Virus record (IMG/VR): IMGVR_UViG_3300038393_001027
Location: 1-64,000 of that record
Origin: a virus
DNA length: 64,000 nucleotides
Direction: 5' to 3' (one strand)
The notes below the pieces were generated by a model. That model saw only the letters and a program-made list of their open reading frames with translations. It was not told where the DNA came from and ran no database searches. A program made the translations under genes and the position numbers. Below are positions 9,124 through 17,533 of this stretch, in pieces (the first letter of the stretch is position 1; each line of letters opens with the position of its first letter).

Positions 9124-9263
9124 CGGTACTGCCACTCAATCAGGAACTTGATCAGGAACTCTTCAGCCAGCTTCTCCGTATCGAACTTGATCGGGATGCC
9201 GTTGATGTAGAGCCACTCGCCCCGGACCTCGATCTGCCGCAGGATGGAATCAGTTGCCGCCAT
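9120..9263 (-). CDS. Small hypothetical protein (47 aa, not in ORF track)
   Basis: Translated by hand as MAATDSILRQIEVRGEWLYINGIPIKF...; ATGA overlap with the next gene. Confidence 0.5.
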   Translation of the reverse strand: MAATDSILRQIEVRGEWLYINGIPIKFDTEKLAEEFLIKFLIEWQYR

Positions 9264-9921
9264 TAGGGGCGCCCTCCTCTCGGGCACCGTCAGGGGCGCC
9301 CCCTTCCGTCTTGCGTGCCTTGACCTGAATCAATACGGGCGCGTCGTTGGTGCAGTAGATGCCATGAACACCATCGGGCAAATCAGCGGCGTGAATCTTC
9401 GCCATCTCATGCGCAACTTCGGCGTTGGGCGCCGTGCCCAGTCGGGACAGGATCGTAGGCTCTTCGTTAGTGGTCATGTAGATGCTGTTCGGCTGAAGCG
9501 TCTGGCCGGGCGTCATGTAGTACGGGTCCGGCAGACCCTTGAAGTTGTCAGCGGTTGCACTGCGCGGTACCTTACCGTTCAACATGTTGCCTATGACCCG
9601 CCACTCACCCTCATCAATGGCGTCCTCAGCCAGCACGTTCAAATCCAGCCGGGGGATCAGCGCGAGCACGTCCCGCATGACGGGGAGCACATGGCGTCGG
9701 GTCAGCGGTACGCCCTCCGCTTCCGCCCGGTTCAGCAGGTCGGTGATCTTGACAGCCTGCGCCGCCAGCGTATCGGCCACGTTGCCCAGCCGCCGCCGGA
9801 TCTCGTCGCTGTAGTGGGCCTGCATAAGCTGAAGTTGCTTCTGTTGTTCAGCTTTCTGCTCAGCCTCGGTCAGCATGCGAATTGCCCGGATCGGGGTCGG
9901 GTCGGCTTTACGCTTCGCCAT
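9250..9921 (-). CDS. Hypothetical protein
   Basis: AAGGAGG RBS before MAKRKAD. Confidence 0.65.
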   Translation of the reverse strand: MAKRKADPTPIRAIRMLTEAEQKAEQQKQLQLMQAHYSDEIRRRLGNVADTLAAQAVKITDLLNRAEAEGVPLTRRHVLPVMRDVLALIPRLDLNVLAEDAIDEGEWRVIGNMLNGKVPRSATADNFKGLPDPYYMTPGQTLQPNSIYMTTNEEPTILSRLGTAPNAEVAHEMAKIHAADLPDGVHGIYCTNDAPVLIQVKARKTEGGAPDGAREEGAPNGGN

Positions 9922-10597
9922 CGGGGGTGTCCTCCTTGTGCTCCGCTCCGTCGCCGCCGGGCAGGCTGAGCAGGCTGGGGTTGGCCTGCAGTTCTGCCAG
10001 ACCAAGGCGATGGACCGTGGTGGAAATCAGGGCTTCAAACTCACCCTTGGCCTCCATGACCGTCTTATCCATCTGCTCGTTGAACTGAGACAGCACAAAA
10101 GGCATGTTGTCGCGGATGTTCATGGCAACTTGCTGGATCTTCTTCAGCAGGGCCTCCCGCTCAGCCTTTGTGGGCGCCTTGGCCGCCAGAACCTCCCGCG
10201 CCATCTGCTCCAAGGCGCCCAGCCCGTTTGTGACAGCGTTCATGGTACGCTTGAACTCCGCTTGAAACTGCGTGCGCTTGTTGACAAAGGGTACTTGTTC
10301 AATCCGCCCCACACCACGAAGCCACTTGATCGTGACGGGTACACCGTCACCGTTCTGGCTGGTGATGGCCTCGACAAACTGGGTGTAGCTCATTTCGACC
10401 TCGACGATGTGGTTCGTACCGTGAATCCAGTCGTTGGACAGCTTACGCTCCAGTTTGGCCTCACGAAGCTCCATGATAACGGTGTGCCCGTGCGTGACAC
10501 TGGAACCGAACAGGGGCCGGACATCGCCGGAAGAACGGCCAAAGCGAAGCGTACCGTAGCTGGGGTGGGTCTCAGGCATCTTGTGCTCATCGGACAT
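9908..10597 (-). CDS. Phage hypothetical protein
   Basis: HPSYG..LFGSSVTH..VEVEMSYTQF..GVPVTI; AGGAGG RBS; class II promoter upstream. Confidence 0.7.
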   Translation of the reverse strand: MSDEHKMPETHPSYGTLRFGRSSGDVRPLFGSSVTHGHTVIMELREAKLERKLSNDWIHGTNHIVEVEMSYTQFVEAITSQNGDGVPVTIKWLRGVGRIEQVPFVNKRTQFQAEFKRTMNAVTNGLGALEQMAREVLAAKAPTKAEREALLKKIQQVAMNIRDNMPFVLSQFNEQMDKTVMEAKGEFEALISTTVHRLGLAELQANPSLLSLPGGDGAEHKEDTPDGEA

Positions 10598-10621
10598 GTG
10601 ATGAAGCCCTCCTTTGAGTCT

Positions 10622-10642
10622 ATTATGGACGATACTGGACAA
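10622..10642 (-). promoter_or_regulatory. Class II promoter (TTGTCCAR-N7 then -10)
   Basis: TTGTCCAG TATCGTC CATAAT. Confidence 0.6.
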
Positions 10643-10705
10643 AACTACACGAGGAAAAAGCAGGGACGCCGGGTGGCGCCCCTGCCCTCTTTTGGGGGGC
10701 GGTCG

Positions 10706-11428
10706 CTAGTCCTGCCCCCCATACTTCTTCACAAGGTAGGCGTCGCCCTGATTAACCCGATGGGCGATGCCCCAGTTGTAGGCGTCGGTGCGGTGGTTCT
10801 CATGGATCCAGCACCCGTTGTAGCCAAGCCGGAAGTCTTGGGCGTCCTGCTCCTTGGTGCTGGAGAACATGGGGGTGTTGTCTTCGCGCAGGACCGTCCA
10901 AAGCTGACTTAGATTCTTGACGGTCGCCTGATCAAGTTTCGGCTTGAACAGCCCTACGTTGTGGACGTTGGTGTAGCCGCTGGGGTCAGCCAGCAGGACC
11001 CGCTTACCGTCCGTGATCATGATGACCTTCAGGTAGTTACCCGCGATGAAGCGGCGGCGCTCGTCTTCCGTCCACTGGTACTCGAACAGGTCGGCCCGGT
11101 TGCCTTCGGGGGGTGTGTCAGACCAGTAGCCGGGGCGCAGGTTGGCGGCCGGGTGCTCATTCTGGCGCTGAATGAACTCGTAGTCAGCCAGCAGGTTCTT
11201 GGTGATGATGTCGAACTGATGTTCTGGGACCGGGTAGAAGGCGATCGTTTGGAAGGCCATCCAGCGGTAGGTACCCCGCTTGATCTGTCGCTCGGCGTCT
11301 GATAGTGAATCCGGCTCGTTGCAGGTGAAGCAGGCCATGGGCCGGGGGGTACTGGGTGCCTTCAGAACCGTGTAGCGGGCATGAATATCACCGGGCTTCT
11401 GCACGGGGATGATCTTGACTTCAGCCAT
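10706..11428 (-). CDS. Hypothetical protein
   Basis: AAGGAGG RBS. Confidence 0.7.
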   Translation of the reverse strand: MAEVKIIPVQKPGDIHARYTVLKAPSTPRPMACFTCNEPDSLSDAERQIKRGTYRWMAFQTIAFYPVPEHQFDIITKNLLADYEFIQRQNEHPAANLRPGYWSDTPPEGNRADLFEYQWTEDERRRFIAGNYLKVIMITDGKRVLLADPSGYTNVHNVGLFKPKLDQATVKNLSQLWTVLREDNTPMFSSTKEQDAQDFRLGYNGCWIHENHRTDAYNWGIAHRVNQGDAYLVKKYGGQD

Positions 11429-11485
11429 GATGGTAGCCTCCTTGGGAGTGTGATGGGGAAGGGGCCGGGGCGCCGGGTGGCGCCC

Positions 11486-11842
11486 CTAGTGCATTTGACG
11501 GTAGATGCCCAAGGCCTCGTCAGGGAAGCCTGCCTCGATGAAGAGCTTCTTGGCGACTTCGGTCACGGCCTCCGTACAGCACATGCCCTGCGTCTTCTGC
11601 CCGTGCCGGAAGCTCCGCATGTAGCAGGTCTTGCCGAACCACGTGGTCTTGAAAAAGCCATTCGCCAGCAGGTCCTTGACAACGTTGCCCTTGGCGTGCG
11701 ACGGCCAGACTACGAGGTTCACGAAGCCGCAGGCGTCGTAGTCCCGCCCACCCATGACCTCTTCAAAGTACCGCTTGCCCTCGACCAGTGCCGCCGCGTC
11801 AGCCTTCTCAACCAGACCCTTGATGTCAATGTTCTTCAGCAT
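11486..11842 (-). CDS. Hypothetical protein
   Basis: ACGF motif; RBS and leader hairpin. Confidence 0.7.
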   Translation of the reverse strand: MLKNIDIKGLVEKADAAALVEGKRYFEEVMGGRDYDACGFVNLVVWPSHAKGNVVKDLLANGFFKTTWFGKTCYMRSFRHGQKTQGMCCTEAVTEVAKKLFIEAGFPDEALGIYRQMH

Positions 11843-11883
11843 GATGAATCCCCCTTGTTTGATTGGGGCGCTGGGGGCGCTCC

Positions 11884-12384
11884 TTAGCGGTGGGCCAGAG
11901 CCTTGCGGGGCGCCGGGATGGTGCTGGCGTCCAGCTTCAGGATCAGGTCGATCAGGCAGTTGCGAACCCCCACGCTGTCGGACGCAAACATGAAGTCAAC
12001 GTCAGCCTTGTTGGTCTTGTAGAGGGGCGAGCGCTCGATGATGAGCTTACCCCAGTCCAGCAGAAGCTGTTCGGCCTTCTTGAACTGCTCACGGAAGAAG
12101 GGCAGTTCAACCTCGTTGGCGACTTCCTCAGCCCGCTCACAGTAGCGATCCAGCGCCGGGGCCGTCTCTGGGTTCCACCATGAATCCTCGGGGATGGACC
12201 CGTCAGGGAACTCGGCATTCAACACCTTGTTCTGCCCGGCGAGCGCCGTCTCATAGGCGGCCTTGCAGGTCATGTAGGTACGCTGGACCGGGGCGATGGT
12301 CGGGTCCTTCTTCATGGATTCGTGCAGGGCAACGAAGTTGACGATGGCGGCGTCCTTGGTGGTGAGCTTCTTGGTCTTGGGCAT
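11884..12384 (-). CDS. Hypothetical protein
   Basis: First gene after element copy 3; GGAGG RBS. Confidence 0.7.
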   Translation of the reverse strand: MPKTKKLTTKDAAIVNFVALHESMKKDPTIAPVQRTYMTCKAAYETALAGQNKVLNAEFPDGSIPEDSWWNPETAPALDRYCERAEEVANEVELPFFREQFKKAEQLLLDWGKLIIERSPLYKTNKADVDFMFASDSVGVRNCLIDLILKLDASTIPAPRKALAHR

Positions 12385-12408
12385 GTGAATCGACCTCCGA
12401 TGATTGAT

Positions 12409-12467
12409 GGGGGAGGGAGGCCTCCCCCTCATTACTTACGTACACCCGCCTACTGGGGCTGTGACAG
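12409..12467 (-). promoter_or_regulatory. Class I cassette element, copy 3
   Basis: CTGTCACAG CCCCAGTAGGCG GGTGTAC GTAAG TAATGA GGGGGAGG..CCTCCCCC. Confidence 0.85.
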
Positions 12468-12758
12468 AGCCTCGATGAAGGCGGCGATGGCCCGGCGCTC
12501 GAAGTCCGTTACAGGCTGATCCGGAATGTCGGCATCAGACCGGGGTTCAGTCAGGGCGCCGTTCTCGTAGGCGATGAGGCGGTTCCCATCATGAAGCAGG
12601 TCGATATCGCCCTCGACGTTCAGGATCGTCAGTCCGGTCTCCTCATCCTTGGCGTCACCATGGGAAGGCTCGGCTCGGCACAGGCGCTGGTTCTCCTCCA
12701 AGTTGCTCAGGCGATTGGCGTGTGCCTCGGTCAGCAGGCGCTCGATGATCTCCTTCAA
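12450..12758 (-). CDS. Hypothetical protein ending inside element copy 3 (LSQPQ*)
   Basis: GGAGGGG RBS; the element supplies the stop codon. Confidence 0.65.
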   Translation of the reverse strand: MKEIIERLLTEAHANRLSNLEENQRLCRAEPSHGDAKDEETGLTILNVEGDIDLLHDGNRLIAYENGALTEPRSDADIPDQPVTDFERRAIAAFIEALSQPQ

Positions 12759-12777
12759 GGCGATCCCCTCCGCTACT

Positions 12778-12798
12778 AGTTTGGACGATCTTGGACGT
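12778..12798 (-). promoter_or_regulatory. Class II promoter-like site
   Basis: ACGTCCAA GATCGTC CAAACT. Confidence 0.45.
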
Positions 12799-12800
12799 TT

Positions 12801-12995
12801 CTACTCGTCGGCGCTGTTGTCGTAGGGCGGGATGCCCGTCTCCTTCGACAGGGCCTCAGCCTTCTTCTGGATCCGGTCCCAGTCGGTGTCCTTGGCAAGG
12901 ATGGCGGTCGGGTCTACCGAATCCGCGTAGTCGATCCCCAGCCGGGGGCCAGTCGGGGTCGTCAGCTTCACCACGCACAGAACGTCAGCGGCCAT
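12801..12995 (-). CDS. Small hypothetical protein
   Basis: AAGGAG RBS. Confidence 0.55.
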   Translation of the reverse strand: MAADVLCVVKLTTPTGPRLGIDYADSVDPTAILAKDTDWDRIQKKAEALSKETGIPPYDNSADE

Positions 12996-13043
12996 GCAAG
13001 CGCACACTCCTTTCAGAATGGAACGGGGCGCCACCCAGCGCCC

Positions 13044-13370
13044 CTACTCGTCGTTCCCGGCCGGGAAGTCGTCAGCCGGGTCCTCGTACTCCAGTTCCTG
13101 CGGGAAGTCATCGTACTTGGCGGCTTCATGCTCAAGCTCAGCGTCTTCGCCTGCACACAAGCAGGGCCGCTCGCCGCAGGATGCGCACACGTCGCTGTTG
13201 AAGCACGCCCACGAAGCGTAGATGTTGCCCGCGCCGTCGTCAACGAAGCCGGGGCTGTTCTCATCAGCGGCCTCTTCGTCAGGGACCGGGCGCCCACAAC
13301 CACAGGCGCACTTGGCGTTCTCGCTGGGGAACATCTGGTCACGGGCCTGCCGGATGGTCAAGTCATCCAT
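13044..13370 (-). CDS. Acidic Cys-rich hypothetical protein
   Basis: CACGCG and CASCGERPCLC; very acidic. Confidence 0.6.
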   Translation of the reverse strand: MDDLTIRQARDQMFPSENAKCACGCGRPVPDEEAADENSPGFVDDGAGNIYASWACFNSDVCASCGERPCLCAGEDAELEHEAAKYDDFPQELEYEDPADDFPAGNDE

Positions 13371-13749
13371 TCTGCTTCGCCTCCAGTTCGCCAAGCTTGG
13401 CATTCATCTGCGCAATCGAGGCCATAAGTTCACGGAATTCAGTTTCCTTCCGGTCCTCGACCGCTGTCCGTGCCGTCTGCACAGCGTGCTGGGCGCGGGA
13501 CTGGTGATGCGTGATGAAGCCCAGCGTCGTGGCGTCGTCTGGGTACAGGACTTGGAAGGCCATACGCAGACCGTCAATGACACCAGCCTGCGCAACTGCT
13601 ATCTGTGTACGGGTTTCCAGACCTAGCAGGGCACTCGGAGCGTCGATCTCGGTCAGGTTTAGAACCGTCTCGGCTGTGATGCGAACCAGTTCGACAAGGC
13701 GCGTCTTGGTTTCGATCCGGCGCTCGATGGGCTTGCTCTCGTCAGTCAC
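13363..13749 (-). CDS. Hypothetical coiled-coil protein
   Basis: AAGGAGG RBS before GTG. Confidence 0.6.
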   Translation of the reverse strand: MTDESKPIERRIETKTRLVELVRITAETVLNLTEIDAPSALLGLETRTQIAVAQAGVIDGLRMAFQVLYPDDATTLGFITHHQSRAQHAVQTARTAVEDRKETEFRELMASIAQMNAKLGELEAKQNG

Positions 13750-13761
13750 GGTGATTCCTCC

Positions 13762-14223
13762 TTACCAGCAGATGGCGTTCTTGTCCTTGACCACACGAAC
13801 CGGGGCGGCCAGCTTCGGGGCCTCCAGCTTGAAGGTGCCGATGACCTCAACACCGCCGCGCTTGGGGACCCAGATCTCTTCCTTCGTCATGACGGCGCCG
13901 CTCATCTTCTTGATCAGGGCCTTGATCTCCTTGTCGGTCAGCTTGTCGAAACGCTCGGCGGCCTCAGATGCCCAGTTGAAGCGCTCGCCATACTTACCAA
14001 GGCAGATGGGACCCACGCCCAACTCGCGGCTCACATGGTTGGTCAGGTCAGCGCCACACCAAGCGCAGTTCACATGGGGCTTCGGGACCATCTTGACGTT
14101 GCGGATCAGGATGCCCTTCTCGGTCTCACGAATGACCTCGCCGGAGACGATGCGGGCGATGCCCTTCTGCTGGGCGATGAAGCGGGACAAGGTAACCTCA
14201 ACAACCTTACCGACGAGAGTCAT
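13762..14223 (-). CDS. DUF6011-like Zn-binding protein
   Basis: CAWCGADLTNHVSRELGVGPIC matches the CxxCGxxLTxxxSxxxGxGPxC signature. Confidence 0.7.
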   Translation of the reverse strand: MTLVGKVVEVTLSRFIAQQKGIARIVSGEVIRETEKGILIRNVKMVPKPHVNCAWCGADLTNHVSRELGVGPICLGKYGERFNWASEAAERFDKLTDKEIKALIKKMSGAVMTKEEIWVPKRGGVEVIGTFKLEAPKLAAPVRVVKDKNAICW

Positions 14224-14250
14224 GATGGGTAACCCCCTGATGTTTATTGG

Positions 14251-14307
14251 AGGGGGCGGGGCGCCCCCTCATTATTGAAGTACACCCGGCTACTGGGGCT
14301 GTGACAG
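14251..14307 (-). promoter_or_regulatory. Class I cassette element, copy 4
   Basis: CTGTCACAG CCCCAGTAGCCG GGTGTAC TTCAA TAATGA GGGGGCG..CGCCCCCT. Confidence 0.85.
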
Positions 14308-14547
14308 CTCCTTTTCAAAGTTCCGATAGGCTTCATTCGGCGTCACAAGTCCTTGTCGGCAGTCTGCCAGTAGCGCCGGGTCTTCCTTTTGCAGGGCGGC
14401 TTCGGCGCCGGGTGACAGCGACGAAATCTTACCTGCTTCCAACCACCGCCGCACATCCGGGGTGTTGTGGCTAGTGCCCATGTACAGGTGAGCATTCAGT
14501 TCGTAGAGGCACCAGAGATGAAACTTGGTGGCGAATTGCAGTTGCAC
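14290..14547 (-). CDS. Hypothetical protein ending inside element copy 4 (LSQPQ*)
   Basis: AGGAGG RBS; stop codon lies in the element. Confidence 0.65.
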   Translation of the reverse strand: MQLQFATKFHLWCLYELNAHLYMGTSHNTPDVRRWLEAGKISSLSPGAEAALQKEDPALLADCRQGLVTPNEAYRNFEKELSQPQ

Positions 14548-14552
14548 AGGCG

Positions 14553-14738
14553 CTACCTCCTACCCGGCCATTCGGCTGGAAGTTCAGCAAACCGGGGTTC
14601 AGTGCGGGGCGTACCCAGTAAGGCCAGCTTCAGATCTTCAGCGAAGCCCCAGACGTCGGTCACGCCGTATTTGGCGGCCAACTTCCGGGCCTCCTCTTCA
14701 ACCTTCTTCAAGGAGACTCGTTTGATCTCCGTGCTCAC
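14553..14738 (-). CDS. Small hypothetical protein
   Basis: GTGA overlap with the upstream gene. Confidence 0.55.
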   Translation of the reverse strand: MSTEIKRVSLKKVEEEARKLAAKYGVTDVWGFAEDLKLALLGTPRTEPRFAELPAEWPGRR

Positions 14739-15412
14739 CGTCGATCCCTCAGCTTCCGCTGGGCGTTGGCGCCCGCACGCATGCGCTCGTTTATCTCGTC
14801 AGCCAGTCCGAACAGACGGTCATCCGGATCACCCCGGAGGGCGGCCGCAAGTAGTAAGTCCACAATCAGGCGGTTGGGTACGGCGTCGGCCGGGGCGTGC
14901 TCATAGGTCATGGCTTCCGTGAGGCGTCGCTCACGGATCTGCGCCTGAATGAGTCGATTGCGCTCTTCGCGCTCCCGCTCCTGTTTCCAGATCGCCTCAG
15001 CAAGGCGATAAGCGGCGTCTGAAAGGGTCAAGTAGGTATCTGAAAGGGTTAAGTGCGCAGAGGCAGAAGGTTGCTTGGCGCCAGACAGGTAGCACACGAG
15101 ACCTTCCAACTCACTTCGAATCCAGCCTAGGGTCTTCAGATCTGGGTCGTTGCCGTCCCGCACCTGCCAGATACCTTCACTGATCGGGATGACATAGAGG
15201 AAGGTACCCCGGACACCGGGCGGGGCGTCGTCGTAGGTGAACCGCTGGGCCTTGGCGCCTTGATTGAAGCCTTCCTGATAGGCCGCCGCATGGTCTTCTC
15301 GGGCGTTCCACTCGCGGGGGTGCGGTACGCCCGTGATGGCGGCCCGGCGGCCCCGGTTCCGCCAGTTCTCAAGGTTGCGTTCGGTGCTGGTCTTGTTCGC
15401 TGTGTGGCTCAT
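14735..15412 (-). CDS. Hypothetical protein
   Basis: AAGGAGG RBS with leader hairpin. Confidence 0.65.
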   Translation of the reverse strand: MSHTANKTSTERNLENWRNRGRRAAITGVPHPREWNAREDHAAAYQEGFNQGAKAQRFTYDDAPPGVRGTFLYVIPISEGIWQVRDGNDPDLKTLGWIRSELEGLVCYLSGAKQPSASAHLTLSDTYLTLSDAAYRLAEAIWKQEREREERNRLIQAQIRERRLTEAMTYEHAPADAVPNRLIVDLLLAAALRGDPDDRLFGLADEINERMRAGANAQRKLRDRR

Positions 15413-15465
15413 GATTAGGTCCTCCTTTATGATGGGAAAGGGCGCCCAGACCGGGCGCCCTCCTC

Positions 15466-15846
15466 TTACTTGAGACCAGCCGCCGTCCGCATCAGATTGT
15501 TGCGGATCAACCAGACCTTATCGATGGCCTCCTGCAAGGGGTAGTTGTTGAGGAACCAGTCGGACTTGTTCTTGTAGGCGTCGTCCAGATAGTGAATCTG
15601 CACACTGTCACCGCCAACGCACCCATAACCCGTGATGACAACGTAACCGCCGTGGGCGGCCGTCGCTCGGTACAGCTTCACTGTACCCTTCACCTTATCG
15701 AGCTTGTGGCCGTTGGACCACCCTACACAGGCACTGGGTGAAACCTCCTTCAGGGCCGTGTCCGTCAGGTACATGCCCAGCACCGTGATCTCCGTGTTCA
15801 GCCGGACGTTTGCTTCCTGCAACTGCTTTGCGCTTACCTTCGCCAT
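15466..15846 (-). CDS. Hypothetical protein
   Basis: GGAGGAGG RBS. Confidence 0.65.
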   Translation of the reverse strand: MAKVSAKQLQEANVRLNTEITVLGMYLTDTALKEVSPSACVGWSNGHKLDKVKGTVKLYRATAAHGGYVVITGYGCVGGDSVQIHYLDDAYKNKSDWFLNNYPLQEAIDKVWLIRNNLMRTAAGLK

Positions 15847-15848
15847 GG

Positions 15849-16085
15849 TTAATTGGCCTCCTCCGGGAGTAGTGCATAGACGTCCTTATCCCAGTCAACG
15901 GACCCGATGCCGTCCACGAAGCAGACCTGATCGCAGGCGTCCACCACGTCTTCGGGGCTAACCTTGTGCGTCTTGGTCGTGGCGATGACGGCGCTGAACT
16001 GGTTCACCTTGTCCGTGTAGTGCAGAGTGCTGAACGTAGCGTAGATGGCTCGCTGAGTCTCGGTAGCCGTGATCGGAGTTGCCAT
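15849..16085 (-). CDS. Small hypothetical protein
   Basis: First gene after element copy 5. Confidence 0.65.
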   Translation of the reverse strand: MATPITATETQRAIYATFSTLHYTDKVNQFSAVIATTKTHKVSPEDVVDACDQVCFVDGIGSVDWDKDVYALLPEEAN

Positions 16086-16112
16086 GATGGTATCCGCTCC
16101 TTTGGTTTGATT

Positions 16113-16172
16113 GGGGGCGGGGAGGCCGCCCCCTCATTATTCTCGTACACCGGGCCTCTAGGACTGTGACAG
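16113..16172 (-). promoter_or_regulatory. Class I cassette element, copy 5
   Basis: CTGTCACAG TCCTAGAGGCCC GGTGTAC GAGAA TAATGA GGGGGCGG..CCGCCCCC. Confidence 0.85.
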
Positions 16173-16553
16173 GCGTCCCCGGCGGCGCCCAGCGCCTCGG
16201 CTAGGCAGATTATCCAGCATCTGCAGTAGCTCGCGCTCCAAAGCTGTCTCCGTGTCAGGCTGTTGCTGACGCTTCGCCTTCTCGGTGGCGATGAACCCGT
16301 CAAGCTGGTCTTTGTGGACTGCCCAGCACCAGTGCCCAGAACGTGTCCGGCGCAGGTCCCAGCGGTCAGCCTGCGCGTAGGTGTACTTCATGACGTCCTT
16401 GGGAGTTGCCTTGGCCTGCTCGACCGTGATGAAAGCCTTGACCCGGTAGCCCTTCGCCGGATCGACCGGATGCCCCAGCACGAAGAATTCACCGTTCAAC
16501 TCGCCAACCACGATGTAGCCCTTCGATTGGCCCTTCAGTATCTTGCGTGCCAT
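16158..16553 (-). CDS. Hypothetical protein ending inside element copy 5 (LSQS*)
   Basis: Stop codon lies in the element. Confidence 0.6.
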   Translation of the reverse strand: MARKILKGQSKGYIVVGELNGEFFVLGHPVDPAKGYRVKAFITVEQAKATPKDVMKYTYAQADRWDLRRTRSGHWCWAVHKDQLDGFIATEKAKRQQQPDTETALERELLQMLDNLPSRGAGRRRGRLSQS

Positions 16554-16554
16554 G

Positions 16555-16746
16555 CTAGTTCACCACCACTTCCACGCCAAAGAGAGCACCGATGGCCTTC
16601 AAGACGCCGGGCCGGACCCGGTTATAGCGTGCGGATGCCAACGACGTACGGAGAATCATGGCGGGATCGTCGCCATGAATTAGCTCGGAAACACGCACGA
16701 TGGCGCGGGCCTGCTGACGAGCGAGGTTCACATTCTTGATCGTCAT
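16555..16746 (-). CDS. Small hypothetical protein
   Basis: First gene after element copy 6; GGAGG RBS. Confidence 0.6.
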   Translation of the reverse strand: MTIKNVNLARQQARAIVRVSELIHGDDPAMILRTSLASARYNRVRPGVLKAIGALFGVEVVVN

Positions 16747-16771
16747 AGCGTCTCAGCCTCCAGTGTTTGTT

Positions 16772-16824
16772 AGGGGGCTTCACCCTCATTACTTACGTAC
16801 ACCGGGCATCATAAACTGTGACGG
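16772..16824 (-). promoter_or_regulatory. Class I cassette element, copy 6 (AT-rich spacer variant at the strand switch)
   Basis: CCGTCACAG TTTATGATGCCC GGTGTAC GTAAG TAATGAGGGTG. Confidence 0.8.
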
Positions 16825-16834
16825 GGGTGTTTTC

Positions 16835-17248
16835 ATGCGCGGTGACACGCATCTACTGGCCGGGGCCGCCTTCGGCGTCGTGGCAGGCCTCACTGACCCG
16901 GTAAGCTGGGGCGCCCTGCTCTTCGGCTCGCTTCTGCCCGACATCGACCACCACGCCAGCCCCATCGGCCGCTGTGTACCTTTTGTGCAGAAGCTTGCTG
17001 GGCACCGGGGCCTACTCCACAGCGTCACCGTCGGCATGGGGCTGGGTGTAGCTGTGCACCCATGGCTGGGCATCGGGTACCTGCTCCATGAACTGCTCGA
17101 TACCTTCAACCCCAGCGGTGGTAAGTTCCTCTGGCCCTTCGTCCCCGATCGGATCAAATGCCCGTGGGGTGTCATCCGGACGGGTAGCGGCGGCGAACTA
17201 CTCGTGCGGGCGCTGTTGGTAAGCATAATTGTAGCCCGGCTGTTCTAG
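16835..17248 (+). CDS. YdjM-like membrane-bound metal-dependent hydrolase
   Basis: TH..GSLLPDIDH..GHRGLLHS..GYLLHELLDTFNPSG motifs of the YdjM family; GGGGGTG RBS. Confidence 0.8.
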   Translation: MRGDTHLLAGAAFGVVAGLTDPVSWGALLFGSLLPDIDHHASPIGRCVPFVQKLAGHRGLLHSVTVGMGLGVAVHPWLGIGYLLHELLDTFNPSGGKFLWPFVPDRIKCPWGVIRTGSGGELLVRALLVSIIVARLF

Positions 17249-17262
17249 CCGGGCTGTTTTGT
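17233..17262 (+). terminator. Intrinsic terminator
   Basis: AGCCCGGC-TGTTCTA-GCCGGGCT followed by GTTTTGT. Confidence 0.7.
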
Positions 17263-17276
17263 TGGGTGTTTCGCTC

Positions 17277-17303
17277 ACCGGGTCCATCTGGCAGGCATAA
17301 TCT
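17277..17303 (+). promoter_or_regulatory. Putative sigma-K-like (mother-cell) promoter
   Basis: AC-N17-CATAATCT between the terminator and the RBS; low-information consensus. Confidence 0.35.
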
Positions 17304-17332
17304 GGCCCACAACCTTGAAAGGGGCTGTTGCC

Positions 17333-17533
17333 ATGGACCTGATGGCCTTCTCGAAGCTGGCAGGCGCCCTACTGGCGACGTCATTTCTGGCGTCTGCGCT
17401 GGACTCCATGGGCTATCCAGCCACTGCCCGGCTCTTGAACTTGGGCGGAACGCTCCTGCTGGGCTGGAACCTCCTACAGATCGGCCTGAAGTTCTATCAG
17501 GCCGCTATGAGCCTGCTGGGTGAGTTCGTCTGA
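17333..17533 (+). CDS. SpoIIIAC/AD-like small membrane protein
   Basis: KLAG....SFL...LDSMG...A.LL.L.G pattern and 66-aa length parallel SpoIIIAC (QIAG..VAFLHTILDQMGKKEYAQWVTLLG, from memory); TGATG-coupled to the next gene. Confidence 0.55.
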   Translation: MDLMAFSKLAGALLATSFLASALDSMGYPATARLLNLGGTLLLGWNLLQIGLKFYQAAMSLLGEFV

